A stretch of DNA of 64,000 nucleotides from an uncultured Woeseiaceae bacterium (GCA_964628105.1 CAZVLT010000001.1:6073-70072), one strand, 5' to 3'. Shown: positions 37,369 through 47,181, counted from the first letter of the stretch. Numbers and translations: made by a program. The notes: generated by a model from the sequence alone, not told the origin.

Positions 37369-38286
37369 CTAGCTCTCGCCGTGATAACGGCGAACGTAAA
37401 TTGCGGCTGTCGAAAGCAATCCGCAAACGATGACACCCGCCCACATTGCGGGGCTTGTCAGAAACTTCACTACATCCAGGTGCACGAGCAAGCTGGTGGC
37501 ATTTTCCGTGACGCGCCATTGTTGCTCGTCGAAAAACCTTTCGACGTCCATCGCACGGAACAAGGGCATCCCGTCGAGGCGTCCCAGTACATATTCCGCG
37601 AAAATGTGAGTCCGCAGAATGATCTTCTCAAGCAACGCGATAAGGATAAGAGGCATGAATGCCATCAACAACGGCGAGCGCTTCGTATAAGAAGAAACGA
37701 ACAGGAACCAACCGATGAATGGTGACATCCAGATCCCGGACGCCAAAACTACGATGAAGGCCGCGAACCAATTATCGAGCAACGGCACTGATCCCCAGAT
37801 CAACAAGCCTGCATCGCCGCCCTTCATCGACACCCAGATACTCGTAACGATGAGGTTAACGAGATGCGTCGCGATAATGCCGATGATGGCAGCTACCGGG
37901 ATAACAACCAGGGCGGTTATCAGCTTGGCGATAACCGTCTCAGCATCGGTTACCGGCAACGATCTCCAGAATAAAATGCTTTTATCTTTGCGTTCCGCAT
38001 AAAGTGAGTCGAGGCAGTAGAACACCGTCAGTATGGCCAGGGCGATTAAAAACACCCACGATGTCCCGAGAAAGAATCCAGTCAATGCCGCCTTGCGCGC
38101 AGGCTCCCCGGCAATGTTTGATGCTCCGAATATCGCGAGGTCCAATTCTGCGGCATAACCTGACGCGAAAATCAACATCGCCAGCACACCGAGCGTAACA
38201 ATGCTCGCCAGGGCCATCGGCGTTACATAAATGGACCGGTGCTCCCAGATTTCTCGTTTAACCAATGCTAATTGATGTTTGATCAT
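37369..38286 (-). CDS. ABC-2-type transporter permease
   Basis: 305 aa with about 7 TM segments. ATGA-type overlap with the upstream ATPase gene (38283-38286). Confidence 0.7.
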   Translation of the reverse strand: MIKHQLALVKREIWEHRSIYVTPMALASIVTLGVLAMLIFASGYAAELDLAIFGASNIAGEPARKAALTGFFLGTSWVFLIALAILTVFYCLDSLYAERKDKSILFWRSLPVTDAETVIAKLITALVVIPVAAIIGIIATHLVNLIVTSIWVSMKGGDAGLLIWGSVPLLDNWFAAFIVVLASGIWMSPFIGWFLFVSSYTKRSPLLMAFMPLILIALLEKIILRTHIFAEYVLGRLDGMPLFRAMDVERFFDEQQWRVTENATSLLVHLDVVKFLTSPAMWAGVIVCGLLSTAAIYVRRYHGES

Positions 38287-39140
38287 TGCCGCGCCCCTTT
38301 TATCTTCGCAACAAAGAGATCGGCTATCGCTGGCGTACGTATCTCACCAAGCCCTTCCAGATGCTCGCGACTGACGCCTTCGAACAACATGATCGACTTG
38401 CCAAACATCTCGTTTTCGGCAATAGGCCCGAGCCCCCTCGCCTTGCTGGCGTTGTCGCCGGCGGTCAATACCTCAATATACGTGTCCGCCAACGCCTCCA
38501 TGGGCGAGCTAAGCAAAATCTTGCCATCGTCTATGAACATGATGTCCGTTAGAAGGTTTTCGACTTCCTCTACCTGATGTGTCGTGATCAGGATGGTGCG
38601 CTCCTCATCGAAATAATCGTTCAGGAGATTCGCGTAAAATTCCTTGCGGAAAATAATGTCGAGCCCGAGTGTCGGTTCATCGAGCACAAGGAGCTTCGCG
38701 TCGATCGACATGATGATCGACAAATGCAACTGTGTGACCATGCCCTTGGACAGTTCTCTTACCTTGGCATTTGCGCGAACCTTGGTCTGGCTCAGCAATT
38801 CCTCCGCACGTCTTCGTGAAAAATTCGGGTGTATCGCCTCGACGTAGTCGAGTAGCTGGGTAACTCTGATCCATCGTGGAAGCACTGCGACATCCGCTAT
38901 GAAGCAGATGTTTTGCATCAACTCCTTGCGTTGCTTGAATGGATCAAGACCGAGAACCGAGAGCCGGCCTTCGCAGTCGGTAAGGCCCAGCAACGCCTTG
39001 AGCAAAGTCGTCTTGCCCGCGCCATTCGGGCCGATGAGGCCAAGTATCGTGCCCTTTTCAATTTCGAAACTGACGTTGTCGACCGCATGTATCGAGCCGA
39101 ATCGTTTGGATACTCCCTGAGCACTGACCAGGCTAGCCAT
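38283..39140 (-). CDS. ABC transporter ATP-binding protein
   Basis: GPNGAGKTT Walker A, LSKGM signature, LLVLDEPT Walker B. ATG 39140 (MASLVSAQGVSKRF) overlaps the GntR stop by 8 nt. The longer ORF to 39308 is rejected. Confidence 0.88.
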   Translation of the reverse strand: MASLVSAQGVSKRFGSIHAVDNVSFEIEKGTILGLIGPNGAGKTTLLKALLGLTDCEGRLSVLGLDPFKQRKELMQNICFIADVAVLPRWIRVTQLLDYVEAIHPNFSRRRAEELLSQTKVRANAKVRELSKGMVTQLHLSIIMSIDAKLLVLDEPTLGLDIIFRKEFYANLLNDYFDEERTILITTHQVEEVENLLTDIMFIDDGKILLSSPMEALADTYIEVLTAGDNASKARGLGPIAENEMFGKSIMLFEGVSREHLEGLGEIRTPAIADLFVAKIKGARQ

Positions 39141-39531
39141 TCTCTCCTCCAGAATCCGTTGATGATTTTTCTTTTTTGGAACTTGCGTCCCGCAATAAGT
39201 CGGCCGCATCCAGATGCAAGCGTTCGATCGTGGCAACGACCTTTGGCCATTCCTTGTCGAGGAATCGCTGCCGCTCCGCTTTGAGCAATTGCTTTTGCGC
39301 GCCATCATTAATGAACATGCCCCGGCCTCGTTTCTTCTCTACAAGACCTTCGTCAACAAGCTCCTGGTAACCCTTCAGCACGGTCAGAGGATTAAGCCGG
39401 TACTCGGCCGCAACGTTGCGAACCGAAGGCAGGGCGTCACCGTCGGCCAGGACGCCTTCAAGTATCATCGCAACGACGCGGTCGCGTAGCTGGCGATAAA
39501 TCGGCTGGTCTTCATTCCATTTCGGATCCAT
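39133..39531 (-). CDS. GntR-family transcriptional regulator, YtrA subfamily (short C-terminal domain)
   Basis: PIYRQLRDRVVAMILEGVLADGDALPSVRNVAAEYRLNPLTVLKGYQELVDEGLV winged HTH. 132 aa and followed by an ABC ATPase/permease pair, as in ytrA operons. Confidence 0.85.
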   Translation of the reverse strand: MDPKWNEDQPIYRQLRDRVVAMILEGVLADGDALPSVRNVAAEYRLNPLTVLKGYQELVDEGLVEKKRGRGMFINDGAQKQLLKAERQRFLDKEWPKVVATIERLHLDAADLLRDASSKKEKSSTDSGGENG

Positions 39532-39584
39532 TGCTCGTCCGTTCTTGATTATTGCTGGTTATCCGCGCTGCTGCGCGCAAAAAG

Positions 39585-39611
39585 ACGCCGGTCCGAAAAG
39601 GGCGGACCGGC
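39585..39611 (-). terminator. Rho-independent terminator after the 88-aa gene
   Basis: CGCCGGTCCG (39585-39594) / CGGACCGGCG (39602-39611) stem. On the minus strand it is followed by TCTTTTTG. Confidence 0.75.
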
Positions 39612-39631
39612 GCAAAAATTCCGTCGCTACT

Positions 39632-39898
39632 TTACTCGTCTTCACCACGGAAATGACTTAAATCAGCGTCAGCGCCCAGTTTGGTGATAACGCCGATGGT
39701 AATTCTCACCGCTTTGTCGCCGAGCTGGCCCTCGAAATCGATGTTGAATCGATCTCCGATCGTTTGCTGGAGTTCCGCCGTAGCGACATTCGCCTGATCG
39801 ACGGTAGCATTGGCTTGACCGGCAATCAGGGCAATAGCCATCAACAGCATTACGGAAATACTCACAAATTCGCTGACATAGTTTGCTGGCTTGAACAT
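39632..39898 (-). CDS. Small exported/membrane protein (88 aa), unknown function
   Basis: Hydrophobic N-terminus (FVSISVMLLMAIALIAGQANA). Has its own promoter/operator upstream and its own terminator downstream. Confidence 0.55.
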   Translation of the reverse strand: MFKPANYVSEFVSISVMLLMAIALIAGQANATVDQANVATAELQQTIGDRFNIDFEGQLGDKAVRITIGVITKLGADADLSHFRGEDE

Positions 39899-39935
39899 TT
39901 CAGGTTTCCAGGCTACACCCGGCCTCTTGGTGAAC

Positions 39936-39977
39936 TAGTGTTATAGTTGACTATAACACTATATTTTCTAAATGCAA
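39936..39977 (-). promoter_or_regulatory. Near-consensus sigma70 promoter (-35 TTGCAT, 16-nt spacer, -10 TATAGT) overlapped by a perfect 11-4-11 palindromic operator
   Basis: Palindrome TAGTGTTATAG-TTGA-CTATAACACTA at 39936-39961. On the minus strand, TTGCAT is at 39977-39972 and TATAGT at 39955-39950, the latter inside the palindrome. It lies 38 nt upstream of ATG 39898. Confidence 0.6.
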
Positions 39978-40052
39978 GCCCTTTTTAAACCTGTTTTCTA
40001 ACCCGCCCGGGGATTGAGCACGTTATTAATACTATCCAGCCGAGGTTCAAAG

Positions 40053-40733
40053 ATGGCCGCGAGCGCACAATCCATGGCAAGACGCAATTCCCGACCCGCC
40101 AGTACGCTATGCACGACCGCAGCGCTGGCCTATGCTCCCGCCATGGGCCATATTCCTGACGATAGCGCGTTAATGTTGCGATACCAGGACGGTGATACCG
40201 GTGCGTTCGAAACGCTGTATCGACGTCACAATGATGCGTTGTATCGCTACCTGCTGCGGCAGTGTCGCCATCGAGACACGGCGGAGGATATTTTCCAGGA
40301 CGTCTGGGGCAAGATTATCAAGGCCCGCGAGAGCTATCGCCCAACGGCCAAGTTCACGACCTATTTGTATCGCGTTGCGCGCAATTGTTTCATTGACCAT
40401 GTGCGACGCAACAAACGCCACGCGAACAGCATGGCGTTCGACCCCGAGGTGCATTCCGACCCCGGTGAACATGCAGAGACAATGACAGAGCGCAGCCTCG
40501 CGAAAGAGCGCCTGCTGCTAGCGCTGCAAGACCTTCCCGAGGAGCAGCGAGACGCTTTCCTGCTACACGAAGAGGCCGGGCTCAGTGTTGACCAGATTGC
40601 ATCCGTGACGGGCAGCAATCGGGAAACGGCCAAGAGCCGGCTGCGCTATGCGGTCACCAAGCTGCGAGTTGCGATATCCGAACCCAATGACCGGGTTGAA
40701 AAAGCGATGGCCCGGTCCGTGGAGCAACCATGA
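40053..40733 (+). CDS. ECF-type sigma-70 family factor; start uncertain (ATG 40053 with GAGG upstream, or ATG 40143)
   Basis: Region 2 (FETLYRRHNDALYRYLLRQC ... AEDIFQDVWGKII) and region 4 (HEEAGLSVDQIASVTGSNRETAKSRLRYAV). Confidence 0.88.
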   Translation: MAASAQSMARRNSRPASTLCTTAALAYAPAMGHIPDDSALMLRYQDGDTGAFETLYRRHNDALYRYLLRQCRHRDTAEDIFQDVWGKIIKARESYRPTAKFTTYLYRVARNCFIDHVRRNKRHANSMAFDPEVHSDPGEHAETMTERSLAKERLLLALQDLPEEQRDAFLLHEEAGLSVDQIASVTGSNRETAKSRLRYAVTKLRVAISEPNDRVEKAMARSVEQP

Positions 40734-41536
40734 ACGACGAGCGAGACAACACAGACATGGAACGGCTCGTGTCGGAATCCTATCGCGAGGTTGCGACCGA
40801 GCAAGCGCCCGCGCGTCTCAACGAGCAGATTCTCCGCATGGCCACTGGCAAAGCTGCGAATCCACAGCAACGATCCGCGTACGCTTTTGCGGCGGCCTGG
40901 CTACGGCCCGCAGCATGGGCTGCAACGATTGGCCTTAGTCTCGCGATCGTTCTCGAGATCACGCAGGAGCCTATCGTGAGGCCGGCGCCATTGGCCGCCA
41001 CCAGCGCAACTCCGGCGGAAGATGCTGTGGCGGGCCGCCTCGAAGAGGCACAGACCAAGGTCGATTTCGAACCTGAATCGCCGCGCATGGATGAACCGCC
41101 AACGACTGTGGTGGCGCCCCCTAAGCGCCAGGTCGTTGCGTCTGAGAGCGCGACGAAACCCTTGGACAGCCGCAGCGACATGGCCTACAGCACGACCGTC
41201 GAGGCCTACACCACGGCCGACGCATCCAAGAGCCTGGCCAATGTGCCGGCGAATGAACAGTTCAAACCACGGTCTCGCGATACCTTGCGTGAAGCCGAGA
41301 GTCAGGCGCTTTTGCGGTCCAGCGCGAGTCTGCAGCAAGAAGAGTTTGCGCTCGCAAGCGCAATGGAAAAGAAAGAGTCTGACGCGCCCGGTTTGTGCGA
41401 TAACGAGAGTCGCGAGACTGCCGAATCGTGGAACGCGTGCATCATGGCGCTGCGCGAGTCAGGTTTCACAGATGATGCCGATAGCGAGCACGACGAATTT
41501 ATCCTGAAATTCCCCGATTTCGAGCCGAAAAGGTAG
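40730..41536 (+). CDS. Putative single-pass anti-sigma factor
   Basis: ATGA overlap with the sigma gene. Short N-terminal cytoplasmic segment, one TM (AAWAATIGLSLAIVLEI), and a low-complexity periplasmic part ending in a Cys-containing domain. Confidence 0.55.
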   Translation: MNDERDNTDMERLVSESYREVATEQAPARLNEQILRMATGKAANPQQRSAYAFAAAWLRPAAWAATIGLSLAIVLEITQEPIVRPAPLAATSATPAEDAVAGRLEEAQTKVDFEPESPRMDEPPTTVVAPPKRQVVASESATKPLDSRSDMAYSTTVEAYTTADASKSLANVPANEQFKPRSRDTLREAESQALLRSSASLQQEEFALASAMEKKESDAPGLCDNESRETAESWNACIMALRESGFTDDADSEHDEFILKFPDFEPKR

Positions 41537-41632
41537 ACAGCAGCAGTGCCCGGCGGCCCCGCCGGTGCTAGAATCGCCGCCCTTGTTTGCTCTGAGCAAT
41601 CGCACAACGCTACCCACCGCCAGGAAACAACG

Positions 41633-42610
41633 ATGAAAACACCCGTTCGCGTCACTATCACAGGCGCCGCCGGCCAGATCGGCTACCAGCTCGCTTTCCG
41701 CATCGCCTCAGGTCAAATGCTTGGCAGTGAGCAACCCATCATCCTCCAATTGCTCGAAATTCCGCCGGCGTTGCCTGCGTTGCAGGGGGTGGTCATGGAA
41801 CTTGATGACTGCGCTTTTGGCACCCTGGCCGGAATCGTCGCTACTGACGAGCCCGATATCGCATTCAAGGACAGCGATTATGCGTTGCTCGTCGGCGCCC
41901 GTCCGCGCGGGCCCGGTATGGAGCGCAAGGACTTGCTGCAAGCCAACGCAGAAATATTTTCGGTACAAGGCAAGGCGATGAACGACCATGCCAGCCGCGA
42001 CATTAAGGTACTCGTGGTCGGCAATCCTGCGAATACCAACTCACTGATCGCGAGCAGCAATGCGCCGGATATCGATTCAGGCAACTTCACGGCCATGACC
42101 CGCCTCGACCACAACCGCGCGCTGGCGAGGCTTGCTGCGAAGACCGGTAGTCATGTCAACGATATCCAGCGTATGACGATCTGGGGCAATCACTCGGCCA
42201 CTCAATATCCCGACATTTCGCATGCGCGCGTCGCGGGCAACGACGCTGCAGGTCTCGTCAGCGAAGACTGGCTCACCGATGAATTCATCCCGACTGTCCA
42301 ACAACGCGGTGCTGCAATTATTGCCGCACGCGGCGCGTCATCGGCGGCGTCGGCGGCGTCAGCGGCAATCGATCACATGCGCGACTGGGCGCAGGGCACA
42401 GCGGATGGCGACTGGGTTAGCATGGCTGTCCCCGCCGATGGCAGCTACGGCATCGAATCCGGCATCGTTTATTCATACCCGGTTCGTTGCACCAGCGGCA
42501 AGTATGAAATCGTGCAGGGACTCGACATTGACGACTTTAGTCGCACACGAATGGCCGCTACGGAAACTGAGTTACGCGAGGAACGCGCCGCAATCGAGGA
42601 ACTGCTATAA
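41633..42610 (+). CDS. mdh: Malate dehydrogenase (LDH-like, ~326 aa type)
   Basis: [19 protein letters not shown]-terminus, [14 protein letters not shown] motifs. ATG 41633 is preceded by AGGAAA. Confidence 0.92.
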   Translation: MKTPVRVTITGAAGQIGYQLAFRIASGQMLGSEQPIILQLLEIPPALPALQGVVMELDDCAFGTLAGIVATDEPDIAFKDSDYALLVGARPRGPGMERKDLLQANAEIFSVQGKAMNDHASRDIKVLVVGNPANTNSLIASSNAPDIDSGNFTAMTRLDHNRALARLAAKTGSHVNDIQRMTIWGNHSATQYPDISHARVAGNDAAGLVSEDWLTDEFIPTVQQRGAAIIAARGASSAASAASAAIDHMRDWAQGTADGDWVSMAVPADGSYGIESGIVYSYPVRCTSGKYEIVQGLDIDDFSRTRMAATETELREERAAIEELL

Positions 42611-42654
42611 AGTAGTAGTCGACGCGGCCGGGCCCGTGTATCCGACCACAAGAG

Positions 42655-45255
42655 GTGCAGAATTTGAGCGGATTGACTGTTAGTTTGCTGTGGCTGTTGC
42701 TGTTTGTTGGCGGCGGAATATTCCTGGCGTACCAGCGCATTGACTTGCGCACGTCCACGATTGCGGCGGGCGCAGCAGTCCTCGCGTACCTGTTCCTGGG
42801 CGATGGTTCCATTATCTGGAAGCTGTTGCTGCTGGTAGCTTTCGGCGTGATGGTGTTGCCGAATCTCATCGAGGTTCGTCGTGAGAAGCTCACGAAACCC
42901 TTGCTCGACATGTATCGCAAGATGCTGCCGTCTATGTCGGACACCGAGCGCGAAGCGCTCGAAGCAGGCAACGTCTGGTGGGACGGCGAACTTTTTTCGG
43001 GCATGCCGAATTGGGATCGCCTCATGTCTTACCCGGCGCCGAAATTGTCGGACGAAGAGCAGGCTTTTCTGGATGGCCCCTGCGAAGAGCTTTGCCTGAT
43101 GCTCGACGACTGGGTTATCTGCCATGAACTTAACGACATGCCGAAGGATGTCTGGGATTTCATCATCGAGAAGCGATTTTTCGCGATGATAATTCCGAAG
43201 CAATACGGCGGCCTCGAATTCTCTGCGTACGCGAACGCAGCGGTCATCACGAAGCTTGCCAGCCGCAGCCCGACAGCCTCGTCGACGATCGGCGTGCCCA
43301 ATTCACTCGGGCCGGCCGAACTGCTATTGCATTATGGCACCGACGAGCAAAAGCAACGCTACCTGCCCGGCCTCGCCGCGGGCACAGAAATACCGTGTTT
43401 TGCACTGACCTCCCCACAAGCCGGATCGGATGCCGCAGCGCTGATCGACAATGGTGTCGTCTGCAAGGGCAAGTGGAATGGCAAGACCATTACTGGAATA
43501 CGCCTCAACTGGAACAAGCGTTACATCACCCTTGCCCCGGTAGCGACGGTTCTCGGGCTCGCTTTCAAACTGTACGATCCGGAGCACCTTATTGGCGACC
43601 AGGACGAGTACGGAATCACGGCAGCACTCATTCCGACCGACACACCGGGAGTAGAGGTTGGCAGACGGCACTACCCTCTCACAATCGCGTTTCAGAACGG
43701 TCCGACCACAGGCAAAGATGTTTTTGTGCCGCTCGATGTCATCATTGGTGGCCCGAAGATGGCTGGTAAGGGATGGAAGATGCTCGTCGAGTTGTTGTCG
43801 GTCGGGCGCGCGATCACATTGCCGTCAATAGCATCCGGCGGTGGCCAGGCCGCAAGCTATGCGACTGCTGCGTACGCGACGATCCGCAAGCAATTCAACA
43901 CATCGATCGCTAACTTTGAGGGAGTGGGTGAGGCGCTCACCCGAATCGCCGGTCATACCTACATTATGAATGCTGCCGTAGCAGTAACGGCGGGAGCCAT
44001 AGATCAAGGCGAAAAACCGGCCGTCCCGTCCGCAATTCTCAAGTACCACTGCACGGAATTCGGACGCAAGGTTGCCAACGACGCAATGGACGTGCACGGC
44101 GGCAAGGGCATTATGCTGGGGCCGAAAAATTACCTCGGCAGGGGGTTCATTGCGACTCCGATCGCTATCACCGTTGAGGGCGCGAACATCCTTACACGCA
44201 GCCTGATCATATTCGGCCAGGGCACCATTCGATGTCACCCCTACGTACTGAAGGAATTGCAGGCGGCAGGCGACGAGGATCAGGATCGCGGCCTTATTGA
44301 GTTTGACAAAGCTTTATTCGGTCACATCGGCTACGCACTCAGCAACATGGCACGCTCGTTTTTCCTGGCGCTGACGCATGCCAAATTCAGCCGCGTACCG
44401 CTGAACACGCCAACCCGACGTTACTATCAAAACATCAACCGCTACAGTGCCGCGTTCGCGCTAGCGTCCGATTTCGCAATGCTCACGCTGGGCGGCGCAT
44501 TGAAGAAAAGAGAGCTCCTGTCGGCACGTCTCGGAGACGTACTGAGTTCCATGTATCTTGCCTCCACTGTACTCAAACATTTCGAAAACCAGGGGCGCCG
44601 GGCAACGGACCTGCCGCTCGTTGAGTGGTCTGTGCGCACATTGATGTACCAGGCGCAGGAATCGCTGCACGCCTTTCTGCGAAATTTCCCAAATCGCTGG
44701 GTCGCGGCGTTGCTGCGCGTATTCATCTTTCCGCGCGGCCGCACCTACTCGGCACCGTCCGACGAAATTGGCGCCAAGATCGTCGCGTTGCAAACGACAC
44801 CTGGGGAGTCCCGCGAACGTTTGAGCGCATTCGCTTACACGACGCTGGACCCTGGTAACCCGCTCGGCCTGCTGCAGGAAGCGCTGCAGCTGAGCAAAGA
44901 ATATGAGCCAGTGGAGCGCCGCCTGAGGCAGGCCCGCAAAGAAGGTCTGATCGCCTCAGACTATCTCGGACTGCAAATCGACGAGGCTGAAAAGGGGCAG
45001 GTGATCAGCAAAGCCGAGGCGCGTAGTCTGCGTGCGTACCACGATAAGGTTGCATCGCTCCTGGATGTCGATGACTTCGCGCCCGAAGAGCTCGCGCGAA
45101 CATCGCCAGCGAAGCAAGCGGAACGCCCCACAGTGAAGAAGGCGACTAAGAAGAAAGCCGTGCGCAAGAAAGCCGTTACGCGAAAGCAAGCGAAGAAAAA
45201 AACTTCAGCCAGGAAATCTTCGACAAATAAGCCTGCGAAAAAGAAATCCGGCTAA
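42655..45255 (+). CDS. fadE: Large membrane-associated acyl-CoA dehydrogenase FadE with an extra Lys-rich C-terminal tail
   Basis: Collinear with E. coli FadE from the N-terminal TM region (MLPSMSDTEREALEAGNVWWDGELFSG) to the LLDVDDF region. It is then followed by a ~45-aa KKA-rich tail. Confidence 0.9.
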   Translation: MQNLSGLTVSLLWLLLFVGGGIFLAYQRIDLRTSTIAAGAAVLAYLFLGDGSIIWKLLLLVAFGVMVLPNLIEVRREKLTKPLLDMYRKMLPSMSDTEREALEAGNVWWDGELFSGMPNWDRLMSYPAPKLSDEEQAFLDGPCEELCLMLDDWVICHELNDMPKDVWDFIIEKRFFAMIIPKQYGGLEFSAYANAAVITKLASRSPTASSTIGVPNSLGPAELLLHYGTDEQKQRYLPGLAAGTEIPCFALTSPQAGSDAAALIDNGVVCKGKWNGKTITGIRLNWNKRYITLAPVATVLGLAFKLYDPEHLIGDQDEYGITAALIPTDTPGVEVGRRHYPLTIAFQNGPTTGKDVFVPLDVIIGGPKMAGKGWKMLVELLSVGRAITLPSIASGGGQAASYATAAYATIRKQFNTSIANFEGVGEALTRIAGHTYIMNAAVAVTAGAIDQGEKPAVPSAILKYHCTEFGRKVANDAMDVHGGKGIMLGPKNYLGRGFIATPIAITVEGANILTRSLIIFGQGTIRCHPYVLKELQAAGDEDQDRGLIEFDKALFGHIGYALSNMARSFFLALTHAKFSRVPLNTPTRRYYQNINRYSAAFALASDFAMLTLGGALKKRELLSARLGDVLSSMYLASTVLKHFENQGRRATDLPLVEWSVRTLMYQAQESLHAFLRNFPNRWVAALLRVFIFPRGRTYSAPSDEIGAKIVALQTTPGESRERLSAFAYTTLDPGNPLGLLQEALQLSKEYEPVERRLRQARKEGLIASDYLGLQIDEAEKGQVISKAEARSLRAYHDKVASLLDVDDFAPEELARTSPAKQAERPTVKKATKKKAVRKKAVTRKQAKKKTSARKSSTNKPAKKKSG

Positions 45256-45264
45256 TCAAACGCC

Positions 45265-46653
45265 ATGACAAGATTCACCGGTCCCCTCTATGAGATATCT
45301 GTTGTTGTCGCAGACGCCGCACAGTCTGAACTGGACACCTGGCTGGATGAGCTGACCTGCCGCGCCGTTCGTGAGAAAGGCGTCGAGGGCGCCCACGTGT
45401 TTGACTCCGGCGTCGATGACGAGGGGCGCGCTACCCGCGTCTGCCAGTTCCGAGCCACAGATGACAACGCGATGGACGCGTTGCTGGACGGTTTCTTTGC
45501 CGATGTAGATGGCGACATTGCCGAGCAATTCGGTGAGCGTGTCGTCGTATCCAGCCAGATAATGCGTGAAGACAACTCACATGATTTAGCGCAGACGGAA
45601 AGCCTTAATTGCCTCAATTGTGGTACGCGTCTCAGAGGTCAGTATTGTGGCAACTGCGGACAAAGGGCAAGCAACCGACTAATCAGCCTGTGGGAACTGT
45701 TGCGCGAAGCGTTCGGTGACTTGCTGGAAATTGATTCGAGGGTTTGGCGCACCCTGGTGCCACTACTTATCCGTCCAGGCCAACTGACGCATGACTACCT
45801 GCAGGGTCGCCGCGCGCGCTACATGCCACCATTCAGGACTTACCTGGTTCTTAGTGTCATATTTTTCGTCGTCGCTTTCTTCGATCCTCGCGAAGATCTT
45901 GAGCTACTGTTCGAGCCCGAGCCTGAACCAACGCCCGAGGAAATAGCGGAGCGAAACGCAGAACGAGCCGCGAAAGAAAAGGACATCCTGCAGGATCTTG
46001 CTGACGAAGGCATCTATGTCGGCGCCGCGATGAGCGACGAACAAAAGGCGGAGCTCGATGACCAGATCGCAGCAGCGATGGACGGCGGCGGCCATGGGCT
46101 GACCGTTAGCCTTGACGGAGATGAGGAAGACTTCAATTGTGAGTCACAAAACCTGGAATTCGGAGATTCGCCCGAATGGATAAAGCGGCGCCTGACGCCT
46201 GAGCGCGTTAAGTACCTGTGCGAACAATACCAGGAACGGGGTCTCAAGGTCTTCAGAGATGCCCTGGTGGACAACATTCCGGTGGCGCTGATCGTGCTGA
46301 TGCCTTTGATGGCTTTGGTGTTAAAAGTCCTGTATCCGTTGTCACGGCGCTATTTCGTCGAACACCTGCTGTTCTTCGTACATTTTCACGCGTTCTTTTT
46401 TCTGATCCTGACTCTGCAGATCCTGTTCTCGCGCGCCGCCGTGCGCCTGACTATTGAGGGCTCGATCACATCGCTTGTTTTGGTTGCGGCGTCAATCTAT
46501 ATTCCTGTGTACCTGTATAAGGGCATGCGCAGCGTCTATCAGCAGGGTCACCTTATGACCATTTTCAAGTACATCGCGCTTCTTGTCGCATATTGTTTCG
46601 GCACGACGCTTACAATGTTGGGCGCCGTTTTATTTGCCGTGGTCTCGATTTAG
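45265..46653 (+). CDS. Fusion protein: DUF4286-like N-terminal domain + zinc-ribbon/DUF3667-like membrane domain
   Basis: The N-terminal ~110 aa form an alpha/beta-barrel-like pattern. This is followed by CLNCGTRLRGQYCGNCGQR, RPGQLTHDYLQGRRARYMPPFRTYL and 4-5 TM segments. Family names are from memory. Confidence 0.6.
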   Translation: MTRFTGPLYEISVVVADAAQSELDTWLDELTCRAVREKGVEGAHVFDSGVDDEGRATRVCQFRATDDNAMDALLDGFFADVDGDIAEQFGERVVVSSQIMREDNSHDLAQTESLNCLNCGTRLRGQYCGNCGQRASNRLISLWELLREAFGDLLEIDSRVWRTLVPLLIRPGQLTHDYLQGRRARYMPPFRTYLVLSVIFFVVAFFDPREDLELLFEPEPEPTPEEIAERNAERAAKEKDILQDLADEGIYVGAAMSDEQKAELDDQIAAAMDGGGHGLTVSLDGDEEDFNCESQNLEFGDSPEWIKRRLTPERVKYLCEQYQERGLKVFRDALVDNIPVALIVLMPLMALVLKVLYPLSRRYFVEHLLFFVHFHAFFFLILTLQILFSRAAVRLTIEGSITSLVLVAASIYIPVYLYKGMRSVYQQGHLMTIFKYIALLVAYCFGTTLTMLGAVLFAVVSI

Positions 46654-46674
46654 CAGAACCAGACGGGGACAACC

Positions 46675-47124
46675 ATGAGTATTCGATTTTTCACCACCGC
46701 CGTACTTGCACTCCTGGTCTCGGCCTGTGGCCAGGACGAGATAGCGACGACCGCCCCGGCAACATTGGCACGTTCCGCTTCGCCGGATGGCGCTACTGTA
46801 TTTTTCATAACACCGACCACTGGTGATACGGTCAGCAGTCCTGCCCGCATCGAGTTCGGTATCGAGGGTATGGACGTAGTCAAGGCGGGCGACGACCAGC
46901 CAAATTCCGGTCATCACCACCTTCTTATCGACACCGACTTGCCAGATCCGGGCCTGCCAATTCCGGCCGACGAACACCACGTACACTTTGGAGATGGCAG
47001 CACGACCACCGAGATTGCACTTGCCGCAGGCGAACATACGCTGCAACTGCTGCTCGGTGACTACCGGCATATTCCGCATGATCCGCCGGTGGTATCGAAT
47101 CCCATCACAATAACGGTAGAATAA
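46675..47124 (+). CDS. DUF4399-family lipoprotein
   Basis: Lipobox LVSAC and the GHHHLLID hallmark motif. Confidence 0.7.
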   Translation: MSIRFFTTAVLALLVSACGQDEIATTAPATLARSASPDGATVFFITPTTGDTVSSPARIEFGIEGMDVVKAGDDQPNSGHHHLLIDTDLPDPGLPIPADEHHVHFGDGSTTTEIALAAGEHTLQLLLGDYRHIPHDPPVVSNPITITVE

Positions 47125-47181
47125 GCCGTTGAGAGAAATGCCGGCTGGCACTAAGATCGCCGGGCGAAACAAACATCGGTT

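Noticed and set aside
41548-41573. GC hairpin CCGGCGG/CCGCCGG after the anti-sigma gene as a terminator
   Set aside because: The loop is too small and no U-tract follows. The adjacent TGCTAGAAT looks more like an extended -10 for mdh, but I could not support a -35, so it is not listed as a feature.
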